Of a DNA stretch of 64,000 nucleotides, positions 1-8,655 are shown in pieces (position 1 is the first letter of the stretch; the number at the start of each line of letters is the position of its first letter). The notes under the pieces are model-generated. The model had not been told where the DNA came from and did no database searches. It was given only the letters and a program-made list of their open reading frames with translations. Origin of the DNA: an uncultured Actinomycetes bacterium (GTDB taxonomy: Bacteria > Actinomycetota > Thermoleophilia > Gaiellales > Gaiellaceae); contig CAWEJN010000002.1 in the NCBI GenBank assembly GCA_963809405.1, forward strand, positions 795,175 to 859,174. Direction: 5' to 3'. Position numbers and translations under genes: made by a program.

Positions 1-73
1 TGACAGACGCCGCGCGCAGCGCACGCGGCCGGCTCCTGTCACCCGTCGCTCCGACGTCGTAATCGAGGACACC

Positions 74-817
74 ATGTTCTTCCCGCGGCTGCGGCGGCAC
101 GCGCGGTGGATGTTCCTCCTGCTCGCGCTCGTCTTCGCGCTCGGCTTCGTCGGCTTCGGTGTCGGCGCCGGCGGAATCGGCTTCGGCGACATCCTCAAGG
201 GGAGCGGCGGATCGTCGGGCGCGCCGTCCGTCTCCGACGCGCAGAAGAAGGTGAACGAGAACCCGAAGGACCCGCAGGCGTTCCGCGACCTCGCGACCGC
301 GCTCGAGACGGAGGGCAACACGACCGACGCGATCGACGCGCTCCAGAACTACTCCCTGCTCAAGCCGAAGGATGCGGACGCGCTGCGCGAGCTCGCCGGC
401 CTCTACCTCCAGCAGGCGACCGCCGCGAACACGCGCGCGCGGAATGCGCAGATCCGCGAGGCGTACATGGCGAGCGCGGGAACGGTCGACGCGAGCATCG
501 TCCTCGGCGGGAGCCCGCTCATCCCCGACCCGATCACGAACGCGGTCTCGAGCCAGATCGAGCAGGAGCTCCAGGCGGCGCTCAGCGACCAGCAGCAGGC
601 GGCGGCGGGCGCGGTGTCGACGTACCAGAGGGTCGTCAAGCTCAGCCCGAACGATCCGAACGTCCAGCTCGAGCTCGCGAACGCGGCCGCGCAGGGGAAC
701 GACGCGAAGACCGAGATCGCCGCGTACGAGAAGTTCCTGAAGCTCGCCCCGAACGACCCTTCGGCGCCGTTCGTCCGCAGTCAGCTCAAGAGTCTGAAGG
801 CGTCGAAACAAGGCTAG
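74..817 (+). CDS. membrane-anchored TPR-like repeat protein (hypothetical)
   Basis: 247-aa ORF. N-terminal hydrophobic helix (WMFLLLALVFALGFVGFGVGAGG), then helical A/L/Y/P-rich repeats (AIDALQNYSLLKPKDADALRELAGLY; EIAAYEKFLKLAPNDP) resembling TPR. Function not inferable. Confidence 0.6.
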   Translation: MFFPRLRRHARWMFLLLALVFALGFVGFGVGAGGIGFGDILKGSGGSSGAPSVSDAQKKVNENPKDPQAFRDLATALETEGNTTDAIDALQNYSLLKPKDADALRELAGLYLQQATAANTRARNAQIREAYMASAGTVDASIVLGGSPLIPDPITNAVSSQIEQELQAALSDQQQAAAGAVSTYQRVVKLSPNDPNVQLELANAAAQGNDAKTEIAAYEKFLKLAPNDPSAPFVRSQLKSLKASKQG

Positions 818-828
818 ACTCGCGCTCG

Positions 829-1518
829 GTGACGACCGCGACCCTCGTTCGAACGGCGTGCACGGCCGCGGTAGCAATCGCGCTCGCGGGGTGCGGCACC
901 GCCGGATACGTGTCGAGCGGGAACCAGGGCGCGGGGAAGAAGCTCTTCGTGCAGGCGTGCGGCAGTTGCCACACGCTCGCGGACGCGGGCACCGCGGGGA
1001 CGATCGGCCCGAACCTGGACGACGCGTTCGCCCAGGCGCGTGACTCGGGGATGACGACGGACACGTTCATCCAGGTCGTCCACGACCAGATCTACGACGC
1101 CCTCGAGAAGCCCTCGACGGGTACCCCAGGGATGCCGCGAATCGACACGACCCTCCCGCTCTGCTCGAACGTGCCGAAGGGCTCGTTCTGCGTCGACGAC
1201 CAGAAGCAGGCGTCGGCGGACATCGCGACCTACGTCGGGTCGGTCGCGGGCACCGGCGTGGTCACTTCGCAGAAGCCGAAGACGGGCAAGGACATCTTCC
1301 TGACCGTCGGCTGCGCCGGCTGTCACACGCTGGCGGACGCGGGGAGCACGGGCAACGTCGGCCCGAATCTCGACGACGCCATGCCGCCGAAGTCCCTCGT
1401 CGTCGATCGCGTGACGAACGGCAAGGGCGTAATGCCGTCCTTCAAGTCGTCGCTCGACGAGAAGCAGATCCAGACCGTCGCCGACTACGTCTCGTCGGTC
1501 GCGGGCAAAGGCAAGTAG
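829..1518 (+). CDS. diheme c-type cytochrome, probable lipoprotein
   Basis: GTG at 829 in frame with the long ORF 106..1518. Lipobox-like AIALAGCG. Two CXXCH haem motifs (CGSCH, CAGCH), each followed by GPNLDDA and a GMP/GVMP Met-ligand region. The upstream part of the 470-aa ORF is Arg-rich shadow sequence overlapping the preceding gene. Confidence 0.85.
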   Translation: MTTATLVRTACTAAVAIALAGCGTAGYVSSGNQGAGKKLFVQACGSCHTLADAGTAGTIGPNLDDAFAQARDSGMTTDTFIQVVHDQIYDALEKPSTGTPGMPRIDTTLPLCSNVPKGSFCVDDQKQASADIATYVGSVAGTGVVTSQKPKTGKDIFLTVGCAGCHTLADAGSTGNVGPNLDDAMPPKSLVVDRVTNGKGVMPSFKSSLDEKQIQTVADYVSSVAGKGK

Positions 1519-1522
1519 CGCG

Positions 1523-2167
1523 TCAGGTCTCGGCGCGCTGCGCCGAGAGGTCCACGACCACGTGCGTGATGGGGACGTCGAAGCGCTCCCGGGCCGCGGC
1601 GACGACACCGCGCTCGAGCCAGTTCGACTTTCCCGCCGGATGCGTCGAGACGACGATCTCGTCGGGATGGAAGCCGCGCACCGCGTCCTCGATCGCCACG
1701 AGCGGGTCGAGATCACCGACTTCGCCGTTTGCGTCGACGCCGACGGAGCGAAGGCGCTCGAGCGTCGAGTCGAGCCGCTCCTGTGCCGCCAGGCGCGCGC
1801 CGTCCTCGTCGGAGGTCCACGTCTTCAGGCGCGAGTTCAGCGCCGGACAGACGACGAGGAAACGCGCCTCGGTCGCGATCGCACGCTCGCCGATCGCGGC
1901 GATGAGCTCTTTGCCGCCGACGGTCTCGTTCGCGACGACGAGGACGCGACGCTCGTCGGGCGAGCCGACGTGGTCGACGTGCACCTGCTCTGGGCGAGGC
2001 GGGCGCTGCCGGAGATAGAGCCAGACCGCGAGCCCGGTCACCGCCAGGAAGACGACGAAGCCGAGGACGTCGTTTATCCACGAGGCGACGACGATGAGCG
2101 CGAACGCCCCGATCGTGAGCAGCAGGAAGCGAAACGCCGCCTCCTCGCTCCGGAACGGGCTTTCCAT
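1523..2167 (-). CDS. two-TM membrane protein with C-terminal uncharacterised alpha/beta (USP/HUP-like) domain; oxidase-linked paralog copy A
   Basis: ATG at 2167 preceded by GGTGAGGTGA (SD-like). Two hydrophobic helices (FLLLTIGAFALIVVASW, LGFVVFLAVTGLAVWLYL). The soluble domain carries VLVVANETVGGKEL, FLVVCPA, DPLVAIEDA, DEIIVSTHPAGKSNWL and THVVVD. These motifs are shared with both halves of ORF 2844..3692. Confidence 0.7.
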   Translation of the reverse strand: MESPFRSEEAAFRFLLLTIGAFALIVVASWINDVLGFVVFLAVTGLAVWLYLRQRPPRPEQVHVDHVGSPDERRVLVVANETVGGKELIAAIGERAIATEARFLVVCPALNSRLKTWTSDEDGARLAAQERLDSTLERLRSVGVDANGEVGDLDPLVAIEDAVRGFHPDEIVVSTHPAGKSNWLERGVVAAARERFDVPITHVVVDLSAQRAET

Positions 2168-2235
2168 TCACCTCACCCCGTGAAGGCGTCCGCTTTGCGG
2201 CCGCTGCGGTCGCGTTGTCGCCCACCGCGATCGCA

Positions 2236-2847
2236 CTAGATGAGGTAGACGGTCGAGTACACGACGATCCACATGACGTCGACGAAGTGCCAGTAGATCC
2301 CGGGGAGCTCGACGCCGTGGTGGTGCTCCGGCGAGTAGTGCCCGCGGAAACCGCGAATGGTCACGACTCCGAGCAGGGTGAGACCGACCGCAACGTGCGC
2401 TCCATGGAGCCCGGTGAGCCCGAAGAAGACCGATGCGAAGGCGCCGTCGCTCGTGTTGAACCCGACGTGCAGGTACTCGACGACCTGCGTGCAGAGGAAC
2501 GCGAGGCCCATCGTGAAGGTGAGGACCATGCCCGCAAGGAACGCCGGACGATTCCCGCGCTTGATCGACTGGAGCGCCCAGTGCATCGTGAAGCTCGAGG
2601 TGACGAGGATCGCCGTGTTGATGCCGGCGACGAAGACCGGGAAGTGGAAGGGTGGCGGCGGCCAGGTCTCGGGCGCCCCCGGGTTGACGACGCGGACGAA
2701 GAAGTACGCCGTGAAGAACGACCCGAAGAGCATGATCTCCGAGCCGATGAAGAGGAGCATCCCGAGGACGCGCGCGTCGACACGGGAGCTCTTGTTCGCC
2801 GTCGGCGGGCCGTGATGCTCGTGCAGCGACTCCGCGTGGCTCGTCAT
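2236..2847 (-). CDS. ctaE: cytochrome c oxidase subunit III
   Basis: 203 aa from ATG 2847. Multi-TM protein with typical subunit III segments (FGSFFTAYFF, GLHGAHVAVG, YWHFVDVMWIVVY). The ATG overlaps the upstream stop as ATGA. Confidence 0.9.
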   Translation of the reverse strand: MTSHAESLHEHHGPPTANKSSRVDARVLGMLLFIGSEIMLFGSFFTAYFFVRVVNPGAPETWPPPPFHFPVFVAGINTAILVTSSFTMHWALQSIKRGNRPAFLAGMVLTFTMGLAFLCTQVVEYLHVGFNTSDGAFASVFFGLTGLHGAHVAVGLTLLGVVTIRGFRGHYSPEHHHGVELPGIYWHFVDVMWIVVYSTVYLI

Positions 2848-3692
2848 GCGGGCACCGCCGCGGAGACGGGATCGACGACGACGTGGTCGACCGGGAGGCG
2901 GCTCTCCGAGCGGAGACGTCCGACGAGGTCGCGCCGGAGCCAGCCCGAGCGCTCGCCGGGATAGGTCGAGACGATGATCTCGTCCGTCCGGTCGTCGGCG
3001 ATTGCGTGCATCGCCGCCGTGAACGGGTCCGGATGGGCGATCTGGCCGTGCACGTCGACACCCTCCGACCGAAGCGTGGCGAGCGCAGCGCGAAGCCGGC
3101 GCTCTGCCTCCGGATGGTCGGCCTTCGTCGGGTCGCTCTGCGGGCACACGATCAGGAAGCTCGCGGACCCCTCGCTTGCGCGAGCGCGAATGCGTTCGAG
3201 CAGGGCGTCGCCGAGCACGGTCTCGTTCGCCACGACGAGCACGTTGACGCCGGCGCGCGCGGCGACATCCGATACGACATGCTCGACGGGGCGGCCCGCC
3301 GCCGCACGCCGGACCTCCTCGACGAGGTCCTTCCGCAGCCAGCCGGACTTCGTCGCAGGGTGGGTCGACACGATGATCTCGTCCACCTGCTCCGACGCGA
3401 GGACGTCCTTGACGGCTGCGAGCGGATCGTCGTCGTAGACGGCGCCGTGCGCGGGAATGCCGGCGACGCGGAGCGCCTCGAGCGTCCGCTCCAGCCGGCG
3501 GCCGGCGGCGGCGCGCCGCGAGTCGGTGTAGACGACGTAGCCTTGTCTCGGCCGGCTCACCGGAACGAGCACGAGCACACGCACCGGCGCGCTCTCGGCA
3601 TGACGCTTGACCGCGTCGACGAGCTCCTGGCCGACGAGAGTCTCGTTCGCCACGACGAGCAGCGCGGTGGGTTGCTCGGCAGACGGGCTCAC
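2844..3692 (-). CDS. tandem (2x) uncharacterised alpha/beta (USP/HUP-like) domain protein embedded between ctaD and ctaE
   Basis: C-terminal 282 codons of the artefactual 877-aa ORF 2844..5477. GTG at 3692 overlaps the ctaD stop (GTGA) and its own stop overlaps the ctaE ATG (ATGA). Two repeats each carry L(L/V)VANET, DP(L/F)xA, DEIIVST(H/Y)P..SGWLR and (E/D)HVV. Confidence 0.75.
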   Translation of the reverse strand: MSPSAEQPTALLVVANETLVGQELVDAVKRHAESAPVRVLVLVPVSRPRQGYVVYTDSRRAAAGRRLERTLEALRVAGIPAHGAVYDDDPLAAVKDVLASEQVDEIIVSTHPATKSGWLRKDLVEEVRRAAAGRPVEHVVSDVAARAGVNVLVVANETVLGDALLERIRARASEGSASFLIVCPQSDPTKADHPEAERRLRAALATLRSEGVDVHGQIAHPDPFTAAMHAIADDRTDEIIVSTYPGERSGWLRRDLVGRLRSESRLPVDHVVVDPVSAAVPA

Positions 3693-5650
3693 ACGTGGAC
3701 CTCCTCGAGCTCCTCCTCGCGCGTCTCCGCGGTCCGCAGCACGGCATGGCGGGCGCCGGGAACGCCGTACTCGTACGGCCCTCCCACGACCTGCGGAATC
3801 TCGTCGAAGTTGAAGACCGGCGGCGGCGAGGACACCTGCCACTCGAGCGTGTTCGCGTGCCACGGGTTCGCAGGCGCGATCTCGCCGTGGACCCAGCTCT
3901 GGCTCATGTTGTAGATGAAGACGACGACCGAGGCGCCGAGCACGAAGGAGGCGACCGTGATGGCGAAGTTCAGGTCCCCGAAGGCCTTGTCGTAGTCGAA
4001 CACACGACGCGGCATCCCGCGCAGTCCGATGTAGTGCATCGGGAAGAACGTCGCGTTGAAGCTGACGAACGTGAGCCAGAAGTGGAGCTTCCCGAGCCGC
4101 TCGTCGTACATGCGGCCCGTCATCTTCGGATACCAGAAGTAGATCCCGGCGAAGATCGTGAACACCGAGCCGCCGAAGAGCACGTAGTGGATGTGCGCGA
4201 CGATGAAGTACGTGTCGGAGGAGGCGATGTCGATCGGGACGGAGGCGAGGTAGACCCCCGAGAGGCCACCGATCACGAACATCGTCACGAAGCCGAGCGC
4301 GAACAGCATCGGGGTCGTCAGGTGGATGCGTCCTCGCCATAAGGTCGCAGTCCAGGAGAACACTTTGATCCCCGTCGGCACCGCGATCAGGAGCGTCGTG
4401 ATCATCATCGGGACGCGTAGCCAGTCGGCCATACCGGCGACGAACATGTGGTGCGCCCACACCGAGAAGCCGAGGACGACGATGCCGACGAGCGAGAGGG
4501 CCATCAGCCGGTAACCGAAGATCGGCTTGCGGGCATTCGCGGAGATCACCTCGGAGACGATCCCGAAGCCGGGCAGCATCATGATGTAGACGGCCGGGTG
4601 GCTGTAGAACCAGAAGATGTGCTGGTAGCCCAGCACGTACCCGCCTCCCGACGGGATGAAGAAGTCGGTGTGCATGATCCGGTCGAAGAGGACGAAGAAC
4701 TGCGAGCCGGCGATGAACGGCGTCGCGATCACGACGAGGAGCGACGTCGTGAAGTTCGCCCACACGAGGAGCGGCATGCGCCAGAACGTCATGCCCGGCG
4801 CGCGCATCGTGATGATCGTGACCAGGAAGTTCAGCGCCGTCATCACCGACGACGCGCCCGCCCACTGCACGCCCATGTTGAAGAACGTCTGGCCCATCGG
4901 CTGGCCCTCGGCGAGCGGGGCGTAGCCGGTCCAGCCGGTCGCGAACGAGCCTCCAGGCGCGAGGAAGCTCGTCAGGAACATGACGCCGGCGATCGGAAGC
5001 AGCCAGTACGAGAGCGCGTTCAGCCGCGGGAACGCCATGTCCGGCGCGCCGAGCATCAGCGGAACGACGAAGTTCGCGATCCCCGCGAACGCCGGGATGA
5101 TGAAGAGGAAGATCATCAGCGTCGCGTGTGCCGACACGAGCCCGTTGAAGGTCTGCGAGTCGAGGAACTGAAGGCCCGGCCGTGCGAGCTCGGCCCGGAA
5201 GAACATCGCCATCAGGCCGCCGATGACGAAGAAGACGAACGTCGTGACCAGGTACTGGATCCCGATCACCTTGTGGTCCGTGTTGACCCGGAAGTAGTCC
5301 TTCCAGCTGAAGGCGCCGTGGCCGGAGTGGTCCTCGGGCCGCGTCGGACGTCCGGAGATGTAGTAGAGCCAGTAGTCGAATGCGCCGATTCCCGCTAGGA
5401 ACCCGATCGGCGCGACCACCATCCCGGCGAGCGTGACGATGAGCTCCCAGTTCCAGATCGGGTCCCAGTTCCACCACCAGCGCAGGCCGGCGACGAGGAG
5501 CATTCCGCCGAGGAAGAAGAGCGCGGCGAACCAGAGACCGCGGAAGATCCCCGGGCCGAAGACGGCGCGCCAGGTCGGCCCGTGCGGTGGCTCGAAGTGC
5601 TCGGGGTAGAGCTCCGCGTGCTCGGGCTCGTGCTGCGCGGTCGTCGTCAC
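3689..5650 (-). CDS. ctaD: cytochrome c oxidase subunit I (haem-copper oxidase)
   Basis: 12-TM haem-copper oxidase sequence (WFYSHPAVYIMMLPGFG, VWAHHMFV, VAHIHYVLFGG). Start placed at GTG 5650 (VTTTAQHEPEH...), which overlaps the ctaC stop as GTGA. The 62 upstream codons of the ORF lie inside ctaC. Confidence 0.95.
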   Translation of the reverse strand: MTTTAQHEPEHAELYPEHFEPPHGPTWRAVFGPGIFRGLWFAALFFLGGMLLVAGLRWWWNWDPIWNWELIVTLAGMVVAPIGFLAGIGAFDYWLYYISGRPTRPEDHSGHGAFSWKDYFRVNTDHKVIGIQYLVTTFVFFVIGGLMAMFFRAELARPGLQFLDSQTFNGLVSAHATLMIFLFIIPAFAGIANFVVPLMLGAPDMAFPRLNALSYWLLPIAGVMFLTSFLAPGGSFATGWTGYAPLAEGQPMGQTFFNMGVQWAGASSVMTALNFLVTIITMRAPGMTFWRMPLLVWANFTTSLLVVIATPFIAGSQFFVLFDRIMHTDFFIPSGGGYVLGYQHIFWFYSHPAVYIMMLPGFGIVSEVISANARKPIFGYRLMALSLVGIVVLGFSVWAHHMFVAGMADWLRVPMMITTLLIAVPTGIKVFSWTATLWRGRIHLTTPMLFALGFVTMFVIGGLSGVYLASVPIDIASSDTYFIVAHIHYVLFGGSVFTIFAGIYFWYPKMTGRMYDERLGKLHFWLTFVSFNATFFPMHYIGLRGMPRRVFDYDKAFGDLNFAITVASFVLGASVVVFIYNMSQSWVHGEIAPANPWHANTLEWQVSSPPPVFNFDEIPQVVGGPYEYGVPGARHAVLRTAETREEELEEVHV

Positions 5651-6354
5651 GTCTTCCGTTGCTCCTTCACCCAGGCGGCGAACTGCGCAGGCGTCACGAC
5701 CCGCGCCTTGGCGCGCATCGTCGCATGCCCGAGCCCGCAGAGCTCGGTGCAGATGACCGCGAACTGGCCGGGATGCTTCGGCGTCACGTACAGCGACGTC
5801 GTGATCCCCGGTACCGCGTCCTGCTTCTGACCCCACTGCGGGACCCAGAACGAATGGATCACGTCGACGGACGTGAGCGACATGTGGACCTGCTGCCCGG
5901 CCGGCAGGACGAGCTCGCCGGTGGTGAGGTTCCCGTACTCGGGATAGCTGAACTTCCAGGCGAACTGCTGGCCGATCACGTTGAGCTGGAGCGGCTTGTT
6001 GCCCGCCTCACCGTTCCGCGCGAGCACGACCGCGCTCACGACCCCGATCGCGATGACGAGGAGCGCGGGGATCGCCGTCCAGAAGATCTCGAGCCCCGTG
6101 TGGCCGTGGATGGGCGGCCCGTCGGCGTCGTCGTCGAGTGGGACCCGGAATTTCCAGACTGAGAAGACGACCACGGACGAGACGAGCGTGAAGATCGCGA
6201 TGGAGACGATCGTCACGAACCAGAAGACGTCGTGGATGCGGTCGAACTCGACCGAGTCGGAGTCGGGGAGCCACTTGAACAGGACAGCCACCAGCGAGAC
6301 GCAAACGCCGATGACGATCCCGATCGCAACGAGCTGCACGATCCCCTTGCGCAC
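5647..6354 (-). CDS. ctaC: cytochrome c oxidase subunit II (CuA)
   Basis: Two N-terminal TM helices, then a cupredoxin domain with CuA ligands (DVIHSFWVPQ ... CTELCGLGHATM). Start chosen at GTG 6354 (VRKGIVQLV...). The longer 579-aa ORF would overlap the divergent capA-like gene. Exact start uncertain. Confidence 0.85.
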   Translation of the reverse strand: MRKGIVQLVAIGIVIGVCVSLVAVLFKWLPDSDSVEFDRIHDVFWFVTIVSIAIFTLVSSVVVFSVWKFRVPLDDDADGPPIHGHTGLEIFWTAIPALLVIAIGVVSAVVLARNGEAGNKPLQLNVIGQQFAWKFSYPEYGNLTTGELVLPAGQQVHMSLTSVDVIHSFWVPQWGQKQDAVPGITTSLYVTPKHPGQFAVICTELCGLGHATMRAKARVVTPAQFAAWVKEQRKT

Positions 6355-6435
6355 CGCGGTCCGAGCGTACTGGAACCGCCCGCTATCGTGCTGTCGAACC
6401 GACCGGCCCCACCAGAGCCCTCTTTCGACCTCTCC

Positions 6436-7500
6436 GTGACTCGCCCGCGCACGCTCCTGCTCGCACTCGCGACGCTCGTCCTCGTGGTCGCCGCGTCTGC
6501 CGCAGGCCGCCCGGATTCCGCCCATGTGGCGGCTCGCGTGGCGACGGCGCCGCCCGCCCGCGGCCCGCTCGGGAGCGGAAAGCCGGTCGTCCTCGCGTTC
6601 GCCGGGGACGTGCACTTCGAGGGCTCGCTCCGTTCGAAGCTCGACGCCTCGCCGTCGACGACGCTCGCGCCGGTCGCACCGCTCCTCGGCCGTGCGGACA
6701 TCGCGATGGTCAATCTCGAGACCGCCGTGACCACACGCGGCACGCCGCAGGCGAAGGAGTTCGTGTTCCGGGCCCCCTCGACGGCCTTCGCCGCCCTTCA
6801 GGGTGCGTCGGTCGACGTCGCGACGATGGCGAACAACCACGGGCTCGACTATGGCCGCGTCGGCCTGACCGACTCGCTCGCCGCGGCTCGCCGTTACCAC
6901 TTTCCGGTCGTCGGGATCGGACGGGACGCAGCGCAGGCGTACGCCCCGTATCGCGTGACCGTCAACGGCCAGCGTATCGCGATCATCGGCGCGACCCAGG
7001 TGATCGACGACCAGCTCATCCGCTCCTGGACGGCGGAGCCGAACGACCCTGGTCTCGCGTCCGCCAAGGACGTGCCCCGTCTCCTGGCGGCCGTACGCCA
7101 GGCGCGGCGGACGGCCGACACGGTCGTCGTGTACGTCCACTGGGGCGTCGAGCTGGAGTCGTGCCCCAGTGCCGTCCAGCGCAAGCTCGCGCACCAGCTC
7201 GTGGCGGCCGGCGCCGACGTGATCGTCGGCAGCCATGCCCACGTGCTCCTCGGCGGCGGCCGGCTGGGTAAGGCGGTCGTCGACTACGGCCTCGGCAACT
7301 TCGCCTTCTACGCGACGAGCGAGGAGACGACGCGATCGGGCGTCCTTTTCGTGACCATGACCGGCCGCCGTGTGGATGCCTATCACTGGGCACCCGCGCG
7401 CATCAACGACGGCGTGCCGAACCCCCTGAACGGCGCCGAGGCGAGCTCGGCACTCGCCTCGTGGCGCTCGCTGCGAGGGTGCACCGGACTCGGCCGGTAG
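6436..7500 (+). CDS. CapA/PgsA-family metallophosphatase-like protein with signal peptide
   Basis: GTG 6436 (VTRPRTLLLALATLVLVVAASAAG). Motifs AFAGDVHFE, MVNLETAV, ATMANNHGLDYG, VVVYVHWGVE, GSHAHVLLGG and GLGNFAFY are typical of the CapA family. Confidence 0.8.
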   Translation: MTRPRTLLLALATLVLVVAASAAGRPDSAHVAARVATAPPARGPLGSGKPVVLAFAGDVHFEGSLRSKLDASPSTTLAPVAPLLGRADIAMVNLETAVTTRGTPQAKEFVFRAPSTAFAALQGASVDVATMANNHGLDYGRVGLTDSLAAARRYHFPVVGIGRDAAQAYAPYRVTVNGQRIAIIGATQVIDDQLIRSWTAEPNDPGLASAKDVPRLLAAVRQARRTADTVVVYVHWGVELESCPSAVQRKLAHQLVAAGADVIVGSHAHVLLGGGRLGKAVVDYGLGNFAFYATSEETTRSGVLFVTMTGRRVDAYHWAPARINDGVPNPLNGAEASSALASWRSLRGCTGLGR

Positions 7501-7531
7501 CCCCAGTAACGGGGCTACACTGGGCCGTCGC

Positions 7532-7604
7532 GGGCCGTTAGCTCAGCTGGTAGAGCAGGGGACTCTTAATCCCAAGGTCGAAGGTTCGAATCCTTCACGG
7601 CCCA
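7532..7604 (+). tRNA. tRNA-Lys (anticodon CTT)
   Basis: Manual cloverleaf. Acceptor GGGCCGT/ACGGCCC. D arm GCTC-AGCTGGTA-GAGC. Anticodon stem-loop GGGGA-CTCTTAA-TCCCA (one G.A mismatch at the stem base). T arm GAAGG-TTCGAAT-CCTTC. Discriminator A. CCA not encoded. Confidence 0.9.
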
Positions 7605-8467
7605 CTCTGCCCGTCGCCTTCACGCGGGGACAGACGACTCCGGTGCGCGGCGGCTTCCTCGATCGACCGGCGGACCGCATCCGCATCTTCCGCACGCAAG
7701 GCTTTCTCGAGCTCCTCGATCCGCCCGCGGTACTCGCCGAGCGCGGCGGCGAGAAGCTCGTGGTTCTCGAGGAAGATGTCGGTCCAGACCCGCGGATTGG
7801 CGCCGGCGACCCGGGTCATGTCCCGGAACGACGCGCCGGATTGCGCCATTGGAGCGAGCCCTTCGAACTGCGCGCCGCCGGCCTGCGTGACGAGCGCGTT
7901 GGCCAGCGCGTGAGGGAGATGGCTGACGAGGGCGACAAGGCCGTCGTGCGTTTCCGCCTCGATCTCGAGCGGAGACGCGCCGAGCTCCGTAGCGAAGGCG
8001 GTGGCGACGTCGCGATGTGTCGCATCCCCGTTGGGAAGCGGCGTCACGAACCACGTCGCCCCGTCGAAGAGATCCGCTCTCGCAGCCTCGGGGCCGGCGG
8101 CCTCCGACCCGCACAGCGGATGACCGCCGACGAAGTTGCGCACATCGGCCAACTCCGCACAGATGCGGCCTTTCGTCGAGCCGACGTCCGTGATCGTGCG
8201 CTGCTCGTCCGCGAGCCCGGAGACGGCGGCAACGATCTTCGGAATGGTGCGTACGGGAGTCGCGACGACGACGAGATCGGCTCCTTCGGCAGCATCGGCG
8301 AGCCCCTCGGCGGCCACGTCGATCGCATCGCGCTCGCGCGCGGCGGCGAGCGTCTCGCGATCGGCGTCGAAGCCCGCCACGCGCTCGACCCCCGCGCGCT
8401 TGGCTGCAAGGCCGACCGAGGCCCCCATCAGCCCCGTTCCGACCACGGCCAGTCGCCGAACCGTCAC
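7595..8467 (-). CDS. tyrA: prephenate/arogenate dehydrogenase
   Basis: 290 aa. N-terminal Rossmann motif [25 protein letters not shown] and [10 protein letters not shown] are typical of TyrA-family dehydrogenases. The last 10 nt overlap the 3' end of tRNA-Lys on the opposite strand. Confidence 0.85.
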   Translation of the reverse strand: MTVRRLAVVGTGLMGASVGLAAKRAGVERVAGFDADRETLAAARERDAIDVAAEGLADAAEGADLVVVATPVRTIPKIVAAVSGLADEQRTITDVGSTKGRICAELADVRNFVGGHPLCGSEAAGPEAARADLFDGATWFVTPLPNGDATHRDVATAFATELGASPLEIEAETHDGLVALVSHLPHALANALVTQAGGAQFEGLAPMAQSGASFRDMTRVAGANPRVWTDIFLENHELLAAALGEYRGRIEELEKALRAEDADAVRRSIEEAAAHRSRLSPREGDGQSGP

Positions 8468-8483
8468 GCCGTCGCTCCCGCGC

Positions 8484-8513
8484 TTGACCGTTCTTCGGGC
8501 ATCCGGCTATCCT
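8484..8513 (+). promoter_or_regulatory. candidate sigma-70-type promoter (TTGACC - 18 nt - TATCCT) for the aro leader
   Basis: TTGACC at 8484-8489 and TATCCT at 8508-8513 in the tyrA/aro divergent spacer. The predicted TSS lies only a few nt before the leader ATG at 8525. Confidence 0.45.
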
Positions 8514-8524
8514 GGCTCAACTCG

Positions 8525-8593
8525 ATGTTCACCGCCTCGAACAGCCCGGCGTTCTACTACTACATGCGCGAGCGGGGCGGGAGCGTCGCCTGA
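8525..8593 (+). CDS. 22-aa Phe/Tyr-rich leader peptide ([22 protein letters not shown])
   Basis: Short ORF directly upstream of the DAHP synthase/chorismate mutase gene. It contains an FYYY run plus an earlier F, and is followed 35 nt later by an intrinsic-terminator hairpin. Confidence 0.6.
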   Translation: MFTASNSPAFYYYMRERGGSVA

Positions 8594-8627
8594 TCTGATC
8601 CAGGCCGCACAGCCCGTTCCGCCCCAG

Positions 8628-8655
8628 AGACCTTCCGAGAGGAAGGTCTTTTCGT
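8628..8655 (+). terminator. attenuator-type intrinsic terminator
   Basis: Perfect 9-bp stem AGACCTTCC / GGAAGGTCT with GAGA loop, followed by TTTTCGT. It ends 6 nt before the aro ATG at 8661. The 3' arm contains the only SD-like purine run (GAGAGGAAGG). Confidence 0.65.

Noticed and set aside
2844-5477. 877-aa ORF on the minus strand spanning the ctaD region
   Set aside because: Only its last 282 codons (2844-3692) look like real protein. The remainder is Arg/Pro/Gly-rich shadow sequence in an alternative frame of ctaD, which has unmistakable haem-copper oxidase motifs.
8574-8649. A fully resolved three-stem (1:2, 2:3, 3:4) trp-style attenuator model
   Set aside because: I can see the terminator and one upstream GC-rich pairing. 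I could not identify by eye an unambiguous antiterminator that competes with the terminator 5' arm, so the mechanism is left open in the finding.
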